NCBI GenBank assembly: GCA_965247095.1
Contig: OZ251997.1
Span: 2,016,001 to 2,080,000 of the forward strand
Direction: 5' to 3'
From: Candidatus Multivorans sp.
GTDB lineage: Bacteria; Acidobacteriota; Thermoanaerobaculia; Multivoradales; Multivoraceae
Length of the DNA: 64,000 bases
In this document: one piece after another, positions 1 through 9,732 of the stretch
Layout: each line of letters starts with the position of its first letter
How positions within the stretch are numbered: the stretch's first letter is position 1
The notes under the pieces: generated by a model
Told to the model about the DNA's origin: nothing
The model's input: only the letters and a program-made list of their open reading frames with translations
Database searches by the model: none
Translations under genes and position numbers: made by a program

Positions 1-516
1 CGCCAAGCCAGGCAGAGCCTCGATCAGGTCCCGGGGCCCGGCGAGGCATTCGATCTCCGGCAGCAGCGTGTCGCGCGCCTGCGCCAGGCCGAGCATCAGG
101 TGACGCCGCAGCGCCTCCGGCCGCATCACCGAGCTGTGCCAGTAGCTCTTCTCGACGCGCGCCGTATGGACGAGCAGGATCCGCTTGACCCCCATCGCCG
201 TAGCGCCCTGCAGAATGCGGCCCACGAACTTGGGCCGCGGCAGGGCCAGCACCAGGGTCACGGACAGCGGCTGCGGCGGTTCCCGGTCGGGCGATCCGAG
301 TTCCAATACGACGCGTTCGCGGTTCAGTTCGACGATCCGCCCGCGACCGATGCCGCCGCCGAGCCGGCCCACTTCCAGCGTGTCGCCGACCTCCGCCCGC
401 AACACCTTGCGCACGTGCAGGAGCCGTTCGCCCGCGACCACCGCACGCGCTGCCGGCCGCCGGCCGGAACCGGCTGCAAGATCGAGGTCGCGATCCTCCA
501 ATAGGAGCAGGTTCAT
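1..516 (-). CDS. rsmE: 16S rRNA m3U1498 methyltransferase RsmE (3' end beyond window)
   Basis: Manual translation from ATG at 516 (not in ORF track): MNLLLLED...HVRKVLRAEVGDTLEVG...VTLVLALPRPK...ATAMGVKRILLVHTARVEKSYW...GLAQARDTLLPEI, matching RsmE-family motifs. Confidence 0.85.
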   Translation of the reverse strand, partial: MNLLLLEDRDLDLAAGSGRRPAARAVVAGERLLHVRKVLRAEVGDTLEVGRLGGGIGRGRIVELNRERVVLELGSPDREPPQPLSVTLVLALPRPKFVGRILQGATAMGVKRILLVHTARVEKSYWHSSVMRPEALRRHLMLGLAQARDTLLPEIECLAGPRDLIEALPGLA

Positions 517-591
517 GCTGCTAGAGTCACGCGCTCAAACGACGCAGAGAATTGCGTTCCAGAGACCACTGGCAGAGGAGGACGGAACCGT

Positions 592-1083
592 ATGGCAGCA
601 AAGAAGTTCCCGATCGAGGCCGGCCACATCATGATGTTCGCCCGCGCGGTCGGCGACCCGAACCCCATTTATCACGACGCCGACGCGGCGGCGGACACCG
701 AGCCCGGCAAGGTCATCGCACCGCCGACCTTCTATCAGGCCTCGGCCCAGTACGACCCCGACTACTTCCTGCGCCCGAAGATCGGCGAACCCTGGTTCGG
801 CTCCGGCAAGACGCCCACGGGAGTCCCGCCCAGGAACACCGGCGGCGACGGCGGCACCGGCCTCCACGCCGAGCAGCGTTTCGAGTACTTCCGGCACGTG
901 AGCCCCGGGGAGACCCTGACGCTCAAGGCCCGCCCCGGCAAGAGCTGGGAGCGGCAGGGCAAGCGCGGCGGCAAGCTCACGTTCAGCGAGAACATCGTGG
1001 AGTACTTCGACGAATCCGGCGAACTCGTGGTGCGCGCCACCGGCGTTGGCGTACGCACCGAGAAAGTCGTCGAGAGCGACTGA
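592..1083 (+). CDS. MaoC-family (hot-dog fold) dehydratase, N-terminal-domain-type subunit
   Basis: IEAGHIMMFARAVGDPNPIYHD, APPTF and LHAEQRFEYFRHVSPGETL motifs; upstream GAGGAG RBS. Confidence 0.8.
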   Translation: MAAKKFPIEAGHIMMFARAVGDPNPIYHDADAAADTEPGKVIAPPTFYQASAQYDPDYFLRPKIGEPWFGSGKTPTGVPPRNTGGDGGTGLHAEQRFEYFRHVSPGETLTLKARPGKSWERQGKRGGKLTFSENIVEYFDESGELVVRATGVGVRTEKVVESD

Positions 1084-1094
1084 GGAGAGAACAA

Positions 1095-1517
1095 ATGGCA
1101 CTTCAGGCAAGCAAGATCCAGGTCGGCGACACCCACGAGGCACAGCTCGTCGACAACCTGTCCCGCACCCAGCTCGTCCAGTACGCCGGCGCGTCGGGCG
1201 ACTACAACCCGCTCCACTCCGACGAGATCTTCACCACCAAGGTCGCCAAGTACCCGACCGTCTTCGCCCACGGCATGCTGACGATGGGAATGACCGGCCG
1301 GATGGTGACCGACCTGGTCGGTGACGGCCGCCTGACTGCCTACGGCGTCCGCTTCACGCGACAGGTGTGGCCCGGCGACAGCCTGAGCGCCACCGCGACC
1401 ATCGATGCGGTGCGCGAAGAGGACGGCCAGCACCTCGTCGACCTGTCGGTCACGACGGTGAACCAGGACGGCGACGTGGTTGTTATGGGACAGGCGACGG
1501 CGCGGCTCGATCCGTAG
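1095..1517 (+). CDS. MaoC/PaaZ C-terminal-type dehydratase (HadB-like partner of upstream gene)
   Basis: YAGASGDYNPLHSD...FAHGMLTMG hydratase motif; GAGGAG RBS before ATG 1095. Confidence 0.85.
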   Translation: MALQASKIQVGDTHEAQLVDNLSRTQLVQYAGASGDYNPLHSDEIFTTKVAKYPTVFAHGMLTMGMTGRMVTDLVGDGRLTAYGVRFTRQVWPGDSLSATATIDAVREEDGQHLVDLSVTTVNQDGDVVVMGQATARLDP

Positions 1518-1531
1518 GCGGAGGCGCGACG

Positions 1532-2617
1532 CTAGTCGCGCACGGCCTGTTGGCGCAGGGCATGATCGGCCAGCACCAGGGCCACCATCGCCTCGCCCAT
1601 GGGGACGAAGCGCGGCAGCAGGCAGGGGTCGTGGCGGCCCTTGGTGGCGATGGTCGTCGCCTCGCCGGCCCGGGTCACCGTGTCCTGGGGCTGCGGCAGG
1701 CTGCTCGTCGGCTTGACCGCGCAGCGCAGGATGATCGGCTGACCTGAGGAGATCCCGCCCAGCATGCCGCCGTGGCGGTTGCCGCGCGTGGCGACCTGGC
1801 CGGCGCGCATCTCGAACGGGTCGTTGTTCTCGCTGCCTCGGGCCCGGGCAACGCCAAAGCCGGCGCCGTACTCGACGCCGAGCACCGCCGGCAGGCTGAA
1901 CAGCGCCTTGCCCAGGTCAGCCTTCAGCTTGTCGAACACCGGCTCGCCCCAGCCCGGCGGCACGCCCGTCGCCACGAGTTCCGAGATGCCGCCGACCGAG
2001 TCGCGCTCCGAGCGCATCCGCTCGATCAACTCGGCCATCCGGGTCGCCGCTTCCTGGTCCGGGCAACGCACCGGGTTCGCCTCGACCTGCTCGAGCGTCA
2101 CCGCCGCGGGATCGTCGATCCGCGCCTCGATGTCGCCGATCTGCCTCACGTAGCCGACGATCCCGACCCCCCAGCGCTCCCGCAGCAGCTTCTTCGCCAC
2201 CGCCGCCGCCGCCACCCGCACCGAGGTCTCGCGGGCGCTGGAACGGCCGCCGCCCCGGTAGTCCCGAAAGCCGTACTTGGCGTCGAACGTGTAGTCGGCG
2301 TGGCCCGGGCGGTACTTGTCCTTGATCTCGCTGTAGTCCTTCGGCCGCTGATCGCGGTTCTCGATCAGAAAGGCGATCGACGTCCCCGTCGTGCGGCCCT
2401 CGAACACCCCGGACAGGATGCGGGCCTGGTCCGGCTCCATCCGCTGCGTGGTCAGTTTCGACTGCCCGGGCCGTCTCCGGTCGAGGTCCGGTTGCAGGTC
2501 CGCCTCGGACAGTTCCAGGCCCGGCGGCACGCCGTCCAGGATGCCCACGTACCCCGGCCCGTGGCTCTCGCCGGCCGTCGTCAGCCGCAGCGCCGTCCCG
2601 AACGTGTTCCCAGCCAT
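1532..2617 (-). CDS. aroC: chorismate synthase
   Basis: GNTFG...TTAGESHG, RPGHAD, RGGGRSSARET, GGISSG, KPTSS and GRHDPC signatures. Confidence 0.97.
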   Translation of the reverse strand: MAGNTFGTALRLTTAGESHGPGYVGILDGVPPGLELSEADLQPDLDRRRPGQSKLTTQRMEPDQARILSGVFEGRTTGTSIAFLIENRDQRPKDYSEIKDKYRPGHADYTFDAKYGFRDYRGGGRSSARETSVRVAAAAVAKKLLRERWGVGIVGYVRQIGDIEARIDDPAAVTLEQVEANPVRCPDQEAATRMAELIERMRSERDSVGGISELVATGVPPGWGEPVFDKLKADLGKALFSLPAVLGVEYGAGFGVARARGSENNDPFEMRAGQVATRGNRHGGMLGGISSGQPIILRCAVKPTSSLPQPQDTVTRAGEATTIATKGRHDPCLLPRFVPMGEAMVALVLADHALRQQAVRD

Positions 2618-2691
2618 GACACGGGCACTCTGCCACAGCCGGCTGTAGCCGCGGGTCTGCCGACCCGCGGGCAATAACGAAGCGGCGACCC

Positions 2692-3411
2692 CTACCCGCC
2701 CGGAACGATCTGGCTCGCTTGGATCTCCAGGTCGAGACCCGGAACAGCCAGCCGGTCGCTGCCCGAGCGGGTCGAGGAGTCCGCGTAGCCGTCCGGCCCG
2801 GGAGACCTGTACACCTCGACGCGGCTTCCTTGGAGATCCACCACCCAGACCTCCGCAATGCCGTTGCGGGCGTACAGCGCGAGCTTCGCGCCGCGGTCGA
2901 AGTCGAGGCTCGAGTCCGCCAGCTCGATGACGAGCAGCGTGTCCTGGGGACCAGGATGCCGGCTGGCGTACCCGTCGTTTCGCCAACGAAGCAGCGCGAT
3001 ATCCGGCTGCGGCTCTGACGAGTCGTTCAACCGCAACGGGTTCTGAGGCGCAACGATCGCTCGGCGCCGCGCTGAGGGGACGAGAAGTTCATTGAGCCGG
3101 TTGAGGCAACCCGCATGCCGGCTGCCGATAGGTGACATCACGACGATTTCTCCCGCGATCAGTTCCACACGGTCGTCCTCGCCAAGGATGCCGGCCTGCG
3201 CCATGGCGTAGTACTCGTCTACGGTGAACAAGCGTGGTGCGGGCGGTCCCTCGTGCATCCGGATGATCGTCCCCTCGATCAGTTCCAGGTTCTCTTCGCG
3301 GCGAAGGACGCCGGCCCGCGCCATCGCGTAGTACTCGTTCACGTTGAACAGCCGCTTGGCCGGCGCCCTGCCAGCGAGGCCTTGCTCCCGCTCACGCGCT
3401 GCCACCGTCAT
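2692..3411 (-). CDS. Uma2 family (DUF820) putative endonuclease with duplicated N-terminal module
   Basis: FTVDEYYAMAQAGIL..DDRVELIAGEIVVMSPIG..H, SEPQPDIALL, LVIELADSSLDFDR..KL.LYA..GI.EVWVVDL. Confidence 0.9.
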   Translation of the reverse strand: MTVAAREREQGLAGRAPAKRLFNVNEYYAMARAGVLRREENLELIEGTIIRMHEGPPAPRLFTVDEYYAMAQAGILGEDDRVELIAGEIVVMSPIGSRHAGCLNRLNELLVPSARRRAIVAPQNPLRLNDSSEPQPDIALLRWRNDGYASRHPGPQDTLLVIELADSSLDFDRGAKLALYARNGIAEVWVVDLQGSRVEVYRSPGPDGYADSSTRSGSDRLAVPGLDLEIQASQIVPGG

Positions 3412-3463
3412 GCCCACAATCATACCGGCCACCGCCAGCCGAACGGACGTAGACTGGTGGGTG

Positions 3464-4369
3464 ATGGAGATGTCCACTGCCGCCGCTCCCTTCGAGTCGC
3501 CGCCCATCGACGCGGTCGGGGTCGAGGAACGCGTCGCCCGGCTGTGTTCGCGCAGCATCAAGAAGGAGGCGAAGCTCCAGGCGCTCCACCTGACCCTGGC
3601 GATGATCGACCTGACGACGCTCGAAGGCGCCGACTCGGAGGGCAAGGTAAGGCAACTCTGCGCCAAGGCGCTGCAGCTTCACGCGGCGCTGCCCGACCTG
3701 CCGCACGTCGCCGCGGTCTGCGTCTACCCCGCCCTGGTCGGCACAGCCAAGCAGGCGCTCAAGGGGAGCGGCATCGCGGTCGCCTCGGTCGCCACCAGCT
3801 TCCCCGCCGGTCAGGCGCCCCTGGAAATCAAGTTGCTGGAGGTGCAGCGCGCGGTCGAGGCCGGCGCCGACGAAGTCGACATGGTGATCTCCCGAGGCCG
3901 TTTCCTGGCCGGTGATCTCGCCTACACGGCGGACGAGATCGCCGCGGTCAAGGAGGCCTGCGGCGAGGTGCATCTCAAGGTCATCCTCGAGACCGGCGAA
4001 CTCGGCACCCTCGACGCGATACGCCGCGCCTCCGACCTTGCCATGCGCTCCGGCGCCGACTTCATCAAGACCTCGACCGGCAAGATCAAGCCCGCCGCGA
4101 CGATGCCGGTGGTGCTCGTCATGCTGGAGGCAATCCGCGACCACTACCTCCGCACCGGCCAGCGAATCGGCATGAAGCCGGCCGGCGGGATCTCCACCGC
4201 CAAGGACGCGATCCGGCACCTGGTCATGGTGCGCGAAACGCTCGGCCAGGACTGGCTCGACCCGAGCCTCTACCGGTTCGGCGCGAGTTCGCTGGCGAAC
4301 GATGTCCTGCGCCAGATCGTCAAGCAACGGAGCGGCATCTACCAGTCCTTCGACGACTTCTCCCTCTGA
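3464..4369 (+). CDS. deoC: deoxyribose-phosphate aldolase
   Basis: IDLTTLEGAD, AAVCVYP, GADEVDMV, LKVILETGEL, ADFIKTSTGK, KPAGG, RFGAS. Confidence 0.95.
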   Translation: MEMSTAAAPFESPPIDAVGVEERVARLCSRSIKKEAKLQALHLTLAMIDLTTLEGADSEGKVRQLCAKALQLHAALPDLPHVAAVCVYPALVGTAKQALKGSGIAVASVATSFPAGQAPLEIKLLEVQRAVEAGADEVDMVISRGRFLAGDLAYTADEIAAVKEACGEVHLKVILETGELGTLDAIRRASDLAMRSGADFIKTSTGKIKPAATMPVVLVMLEAIRDHYLRTGQRIGMKPAGGISTAKDAIRHLVMVRETLGQDWLDPSLYRFGASSLANDVLRQIVKQRSGIYQSFDDFSL

Positions 4370-4387
4370 AGGAGGTGACGAGAGTTC

Positions 4388-5902
4388 ATGGCCAACCGCA
4401 CTGCGTTCGCCGGAAGAGCATCCGCTGAAATCGCCCCACTGCGTCTGGGCGGCAGCGACGGCTGGGCCTACGCGCCCGCGCCCGAGTCGACGGATCACGT
4501 CGAGCTGCGAGACCGCTACGGCCTGTTCATCGACGGCGAGTTCACCAACGCCGCCGACGGACGGACGTTTGAGACGACGAACCCGGCGACTGAAGAGAAG
4601 ATCGCGGACGTCGCGCTGGCTGGCGACCTCGATGTCGACCGCGCGGTGGCGGCAGCCCGGCGCGCCTACGACGAGGTGTGGTCGCGGCTCGCACCAAGCG
4701 AGCGCGGCAAATACATCTACCGGATCGCCCGAGTACTCCAGGAACGCGGCCGCGAAATGGCGATCACCGAGTCGCTCGACGGCGGCAAACCGATCCGCGA
4801 GTCGAGGGACGTCGACATCCCGCTCGCGGCAGCGCACTTCTTCTACTACGCCGGCTGGGCGGACAAGCTCGACTACGCCTTCGCAGGCCGCGGCGCCCGT
4901 TCCCTCGGGGTCGCCGGCCAGGTCATCCCGTGGAACTTCCCGCTGCTCATGGCGGCCTGGAAGATCGCGCCGGCGCTGGCGGCCGGCAACACGGTCGTGC
5001 TCAAGCCGGCCGAGACGACGCCGCTCACCGCGCTCAAGCTGGCCGAGATCGTCCGCGATGCCGGCCTGCCGCCCGGGGTGGTCAACATCGTCACCGGGGC
5101 CGGCGAAACCGGCGCCGCAGTGGCGCAGCACGATGGCGTCGACAAGGTCGCCTTCACCGGCTCCACCGAGGTCGGCAAGCTGATCCGGCGCGCGCTCGCG
5201 GGCAGCGGCAAGCACTACACCCTGGAACTGGGCGGCAAGGCGGCGAACCTGGTATTCGAGGACGCCGCCATCGACCAGGCGGTCGAGGGCATCGTCAACG
5301 GCATCTTCTTCAACCAGGGGCACGTCTGCTGCGCGGGTTCGCGCCTCCTGGTCCAGGAATCGGTTGCGAACGAGGTGATCTCCAAGCTGAAGGACCGGAT
5401 GGAGACGTTGATCGTCGGCGATCCGCTCGACAAGAACACGGACATCGGCGCGATCAACTCGCGCGCCCAGCTCGACAAGATCGAGGAGTATCTGGATATC
5501 GGCGAGAACGAAGGCGCCGAGCCGTTCCAGACCTCGTGCCCGTTGCCCGAACGCGGCTACTGGTGCCGTCCCACGCTGTTCCTGCGCGCCTCGCAGTCCC
5601 ATCGCGTGGTCCAGGAGGAGATCTTCGGCCCGGTGCTGGCGGTGCAGACGTTCCGCACTGTGGACGAGGGCGTAGCGATGGCGAACAACACGCCTTACGG
5701 CCTCTCGGGCGGCGTCTGGAGCGACAAGGGCGCCAAGGCGTTCCGGGTCACGAGCCAGATCCGGGCCGGCGTGCTGTGGGCCAACACCTACAACAAGTTC
5801 GATCCCACCTCTCCCTTCGGCGGCTACAAGGAGAGCGGCATCGGCCGCGAGGGCGGCCTCAGCGGCCTGCAGGCCTATCTGCAGCCGGAGGAGGCGGCAT
5901 GA
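4388..5902 (+). CDS. aldehyde dehydrogenase (catalytic subunit)
   Basis: PWNFPL, KPAETTP, FTGSTEVG, LELGGK, FNQGHVCCAG, EEIFGPV, PFGGYKESG. Confidence 0.95.
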   Translation: MANRTAFAGRASAEIAPLRLGGSDGWAYAPAPESTDHVELRDRYGLFIDGEFTNAADGRTFETTNPATEEKIADVALAGDLDVDRAVAAARRAYDEVWSRLAPSERGKYIYRIARVLQERGREMAITESLDGGKPIRESRDVDIPLAAAHFFYYAGWADKLDYAFAGRGARSLGVAGQVIPWNFPLLMAAWKIAPALAAGNTVVLKPAETTPLTALKLAEIVRDAGLPPGVVNIVTGAGETGAAVAQHDGVDKVAFTGSTEVGKLIRRALAGSGKHYTLELGGKAANLVFEDAAIDQAVEGIVNGIFFNQGHVCCAGSRLLVQESVANEVISKLKDRMETLIVGDPLDKNTDIGAINSRAQLDKIEEYLDIGENEGAEPFQTSCPLPERGYWCRPTLFLRASQSHRVVQEEIFGPVLAVQTFRTVDEGVAMANNTPYGLSGGVWSDKGAKAFRVTSQIRAGVLWANTYNKFDPTSPFGGYKESGIGREGGLSGLQAYLQPEEAA

Positions 5903-6777
5903 ACGACTCGCGACCCGCCACCACGACCGACCGCCTGCCGGTGCTCAAGACCCACAAGGTCTACATCGGCGGCAAGTTCCCGCGCTCCGAGTCCGGCCGC
6001 TTCGACCGTGCCCTGGCGCCGGACGGCAGGCCGATCGCCAACATCTGCCGCTGCTCGCGCAAGGACGTCCGCGACGCCGTGACCGCAGCGCGCCAGGCAC
6101 AGGCCGGCTGGGCCGCGCGCTCGGCCTACAACCGCGGCCAGATCCTCTACCGGATCGCCGAGATGCTGGAAGGCCGCAGCGCCCAGTTCGAGGCCCTGCT
6201 CACGGCCGGCGGCGCAACCCCGGAGAGCGCAGCGGCCGAGGTCCAGGCCGCGGTCGACCGGCTCGTCCACTACGCGGGATGGACGGACAAGTTCCAGCAG
6301 ATCTTCTCGAGCGTCAACCCGGTGGCCACGAAGCACTTCAACTTCTCGATCCTCGAGCCCATGGGCGTGGTCGGCGTGCTGGCGCCCGCATCGCCCCTGC
6401 TCGGCCTGGTCTCGGCGACCGCGCCCGCGATCGCCGGCGGCAACACGACGGTGGTTCTGGTCACCGGCAGTCAACCCTTGCCCGCCGTGACCTTCGCCGA
6501 AGTCCTCAACTCCTCCGACGTGCCCGGCGGCGTCGTCAACATCCTCACCGGCCGCCGCGACGAGATGCTCGCCCCGCTCGCCGCCCACCGCGACGTCGAT
6601 GGGCTCCTCCTCTGCACCTCCGACCCGGAGATCGGCAAGGCCGCCGAGATCGAGGCCGTCCACAACCTGAAGCGCGTCCTGCATCGCCGCCACGAGGACT
6701 GGACGGAAATCCAGAGCCCGTACGAGATCACCGACCTGCAAGAGGTGAAGACGACATGGCATCCGATCGGGAGTTGA
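5899..6777 (+). CDS. short aldehyde dehydrogenase-family protein (NAD-binding domain only)
   Basis: ATG overlaps upstream TGA (ATGA); KTHKVYIGGKFPRSESGR, YNRGQILYRIAEMLEGR, PGGVVNILTG, EVKTTWHPIG; lacks ELGGK and the catalytic Cys. Confidence 0.85.
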   Translation: MNDSRPATTTDRLPVLKTHKVYIGGKFPRSESGRFDRALAPDGRPIANICRCSRKDVRDAVTAARQAQAGWAARSAYNRGQILYRIAEMLEGRSAQFEALLTAGGATPESAAAEVQAAVDRLVHYAGWTDKFQQIFSSVNPVATKHFNFSILEPMGVVGVLAPASPLLGLVSATAPAIAGGNTTVVLVTGSQPLPAVTFAEVLNSSDVPGGVVNILTGRRDEMLAPLAAHRDVDGLLLCTSDPEIGKAAEIEAVHNLKRVLHRRHEDWTEIQSPYEITDLQEVKTTWHPIGS

Positions 6778-6806
6778 GCGACCACGCCGTCGAGACGGCG
6801 TCCCCC

Positions 6807-7265
6807 ATGCAACCTGCTGAACCGCCCGAGACCGGGGAGATGCAACTCCCGCTCCATGCCCGCAACCGCGCCGCCGAGATCGGCAAGTCGCCGGAGAAGC
6901 TCCGGGAGATGGTCGCAGAGGCGAGGGCGAAGGCGGACACCGCCGGCAGTTCCTCCCGCCCCCTCGCGGGCGTGATCGAAGACCTGAAGACGATGTTCGA
7001 GATGCTTCGATCGGTAGCCCGGGGCGCCTACCGTCCCAGGAAGGAGACCCTCATCCTCATCGCCGGCGCGGTCCTCTACTTCGTGATTCCGATCGACGTG
7101 ATTCCGGACTTCATCCCGGTGGCCGGCTTCGTCGACGACGCCGCGGTGATCGCCTGGGTGGTCAAGACCTGCAAGGGCGAGATCGAACTGTTCAAGGCCC
7201 TGAAGGCAAACGGCAGCGGATCCGCAGCGCACTCCGCCGAGCCGGCAGAACCGAGCGCCGTCTGA
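6807..7265 (+). CDS. YkvA/DUF1232 family membrane protein
   Basis: GAVLYFVIPIDVIPDFIPVAGFVDDAAVI motif. Confidence 0.85.
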   Translation: MQPAEPPETGEMQLPLHARNRAAEIGKSPEKLREMVAEARAKADTAGSSSRPLAGVIEDLKTMFEMLRSVARGAYRPRKETLILIAGAVLYFVIPIDVIPDFIPVAGFVDDAAVIAWVVKTCKGEIELFKALKANGSGSAAHSAEPAEPSAV

Positions 7266-7306
7266 TCAAGCGCCCAAGTGGGCGCACCCGCCGGGGGCGC
7301 GCCCGC

Positions 7307-8515
7307 CTACAGCGCCGCGGCGCCGTGGTAGGCCCTGGCCACCCAGGCCATGAGTTGAGCGCAGAGCAGACCCAACGGGGTGCCGACCAAGTTGCCGAGG
7401 ACGCCCATGAGCACCCCGACCGCGGCGAGTGCCGGCTGGAAGACGCCGGCGACTACCGGCGTTGAGATGACGCCGCCGACGTTGCCCATGCTGCCGGTCG
7501 CGAACAGGAAGAGCGGCGCGCGCAGCAGGCGCATGGCCACGAACAGGCAAATGACATGGATGCTGATCCAGACCACGCCGACCGCAAGCACCAGAGGCGC
7601 CTCGACGATCGCGGCCAGGTTGCCGCCGGCGCCCATCGTCGCGACCATCAGGTAGAGGCCGCCGTAGGCCACAGGTGTCGAGCCCCGGTGGTCGAGCCGC
7701 CGGAGCCGTGTGAACGAGAGACCCAAACCGACCGCCACAACCAGCAGAATGCCCCAGGTGAAGTGCGAGAGCACGGAGCCGACTCGCGGCAGCAGCTCCC
7801 CGCCGCGCATGCACAGCCAGCTTCCCACCAGGCCGACGCCGAGCATCGACGCGAACGCCGGCAGGGTGATCGGCCGCGCCTTCTCGGTCTGGACCTTCTG
7901 CAGCCGTTCGTTCAGCCGGTCGAGTTCTCCGCGCCGCGCCCGGTTGCGCCGGTCGATCCGGTTCTGGTGGCCGCTGAGCAGGATGATGATCGACATCCAG
8001 CCGTAGCCGACGACCGAGTCGACGATGATCATCGGAGCGAAGATCTCGTCGGGGGCGCCGACGCCCTCCTTGATCGCGATCATGTTCGACAGGCCGCCGA
8101 TCCAGGAACCGGAGAGAGCGGCCAGTCCCTTCCAGATCTGCGGGTCGAGGAACGGCTGGAAGATCGCCAGCGCGATCGGGCCGCCGATCACGATGCCGAC
8201 CGACCCGGCGAGCAGCATCGCCGCCGCCAGCGGCCCCAGGCGCTTGATCGCCGGCACGTCGGTACCCATCACCAGCAGCAGCAGGGCGCACGGCATCAGG
8301 TAGTCCGTACACCAGTCGTAAAACGGCGACTCGGCCGGCGTGATGCCAACCGTGGTCAACACCACGGGCAGCAGGTAGATCCAGACAATCGGCGGCAGGG
8401 TCTTGAACAGCCGCTCGAAGGCCGGCGTCTGCGCCAGCGCGAAGATCAGCGCCACGAAGCCGGCGAAGAAGACGAGCAGCGCCGTGGGATCCGTGATCAG
8501 CGCCTGCTCTGCCAT
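7307..8515 (-). CDS. DUF819 family integral membrane protein
   Basis: Multiple TM helices; GSWIGG..NM.A and SMGNVGG..S.PVVA motifs. Confidence 0.8.
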   Translation of the reverse strand: MAEQALITDPTALLVFFAGFVALIFALAQTPAFERLFKTLPPIVWIYLLPVVLTTVGITPAESPFYDWCTDYLMPCALLLLVMGTDVPAIKRLGPLAAAMLLAGSVGIVIGGPIALAIFQPFLDPQIWKGLAALSGSWIGGLSNMIAIKEGVGAPDEIFAPMIIVDSVVGYGWMSIIILLSGHQNRIDRRNRARRGELDRLNERLQKVQTEKARPITLPAFASMLGVGLVGSWLCMRGGELLPRVGSVLSHFTWGILLVVAVGLGLSFTRLRRLDHRGSTPVAYGGLYLMVATMGAGGNLAAIVEAPLVLAVGVVWISIHVICLFVAMRLLRAPLFLFATGSMGNVGGVISTPVVAGVFQPALAAVGVLMGVLGNLVGTPLGLLCAQLMAWVARAYHGAAAL

Positions 8516-8597
8516 CGCGGGCGATTGTAGTCGGCCTACCGGCTGCTATCTTCCGCGCCACTTCCCCAGGCGTCCAACGCCCTCCGAAAGGCTGACC

Positions 8598-9650
8598 ATG
8601 AGAACCCCACGCCCATCCCCTACAACCACCGCGTCAGCCGTAGTTGCGGCCTGCCTCCTTTTCACACCGGCGATCCAGGCCCAGTTCGGCGCCGCACCGC
8701 CCAACCGGTCGTCGCTGCTCGACGATGGCGCGCTTCATGTCGTGCTCTGCGGCAGCGGTTCGCCGCTGCCGAGCGTCGAGCGCGCGGGGCCGTGCACCGC
8801 TGTGATCGCCGATGGCCGGATGTTCCTGGTCGACGTCGGACCGGGATCGACCGAGAACCTGCGGCTCTGGGGCCTGCCGGCCGGCAACCTCGCCGGTGTG
8901 CTGCTCACCCACTTCCACTCCGACCACATCGGCGAACTCGGCGAGGTTACCTTCGGGAGCTGGGTCGCGGGCCGGGCCAAGCCGCTGGACGTCTATGGTC
9001 CGGTCGGCGTCGACAAGGTAGTCGCCGGCTTTCAGGCCGCCTACGAGCTCGACGCCTCCTACCGGATCGCCCACCACGGCGCCGACCTGCTGCCGGCTGC
9101 GGGCGCCAAGGCGACGCCCCATCCGGTAGAACTCGGGGGCGATGCCTCCTCGGCCGTCATCTACGACCAGGACGGCGTGCAAATCACCGCCTTCCTGGTC
9201 GACCACGAGCCGATCTCGCCGGCGCTGGGCTACCGGATCGATTTCGGCGGCCGCTCGGTCGTCGTCAGCGGCGACACCGTGCGCTCGGCGAACCTGGAAG
9301 CCGCGAGCCAGGGCGTCGACGTCCTGGTCCACGAGGTCCTTTCCGACAACTTCATCGGCATGGCGTCGCGGGCCCTTGCGAGCGGCGGCAACGAGCGGAC
9401 CGGGAAGATGCTGAAGGACACGCTCGACTACCACACCTTCCCTGCCGACGTGCACGCGCTGGCCGCCGACGCGAAGGTCAAGCTTCTGGTGCTGAGCCAC
9501 CTCGTGCCGCCGCTGCCCCCGGCGCAGGCCGAGACCGTGTTCATGAGCGGCCGGGCCGAGGACGCGCCGAACGACGCCGTGGTCGGCGTCGACGGCATGC
9601 ACATTGCCCTGCCGGCGAACAGCGACGAACGGACGATCGAGACGTTCTAG
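8598..9650 (+). CDS. exported MBL-fold metallo-hydrolase (RNase Z/arylsulfatase-like)
   Basis: N-terminal signal peptide; CGSGSPLP, THFHSDH, VDH, SGDT, HE, YHT and LSHL motifs. Confidence 0.85.
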   Translation: MRTPRPSPTTTASAVVAACLLFTPAIQAQFGAAPPNRSSLLDDGALHVVLCGSGSPLPSVERAGPCTAVIADGRMFLVDVGPGSTENLRLWGLPAGNLAGVLLTHFHSDHIGELGEVTFGSWVAGRAKPLDVYGPVGVDKVVAGFQAAYELDASYRIAHHGADLLPAAGAKATPHPVELGGDASSAVIYDQDGVQITAFLVDHEPISPALGYRIDFGGRSVVVSGDTVRSANLEAASQGVDVLVHEVLSDNFIGMASRALASGGNERTGKMLKDTLDYHTFPADVHALAADAKVKLLVLSHLVPPLPPAQAETVFMSGRAEDAPNDAVVGVDGMHIALPANSDERTIETF

Positions 9651-9665
9651 TGGCGGCCCTCCGTG

Positions 9666-9710
9666 CCTGGGAGCGCGGGCGTCTCGCCCGCATCCGGCAC
9701 GAAGCGCCGG
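9666..9710 (+). repeat. REP-like palindromic element, family A
   Basis: CCTGGGAGCGCGGGCGTCTCGCCCGCATCCGGCACGAAGCGCCGG; related copies at 12746, 15078, 32900, 38691, 56223. Confidence 0.85.
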
Positions 9711-9732
9711 TCTGCCACGCTAGCCTCGCACC

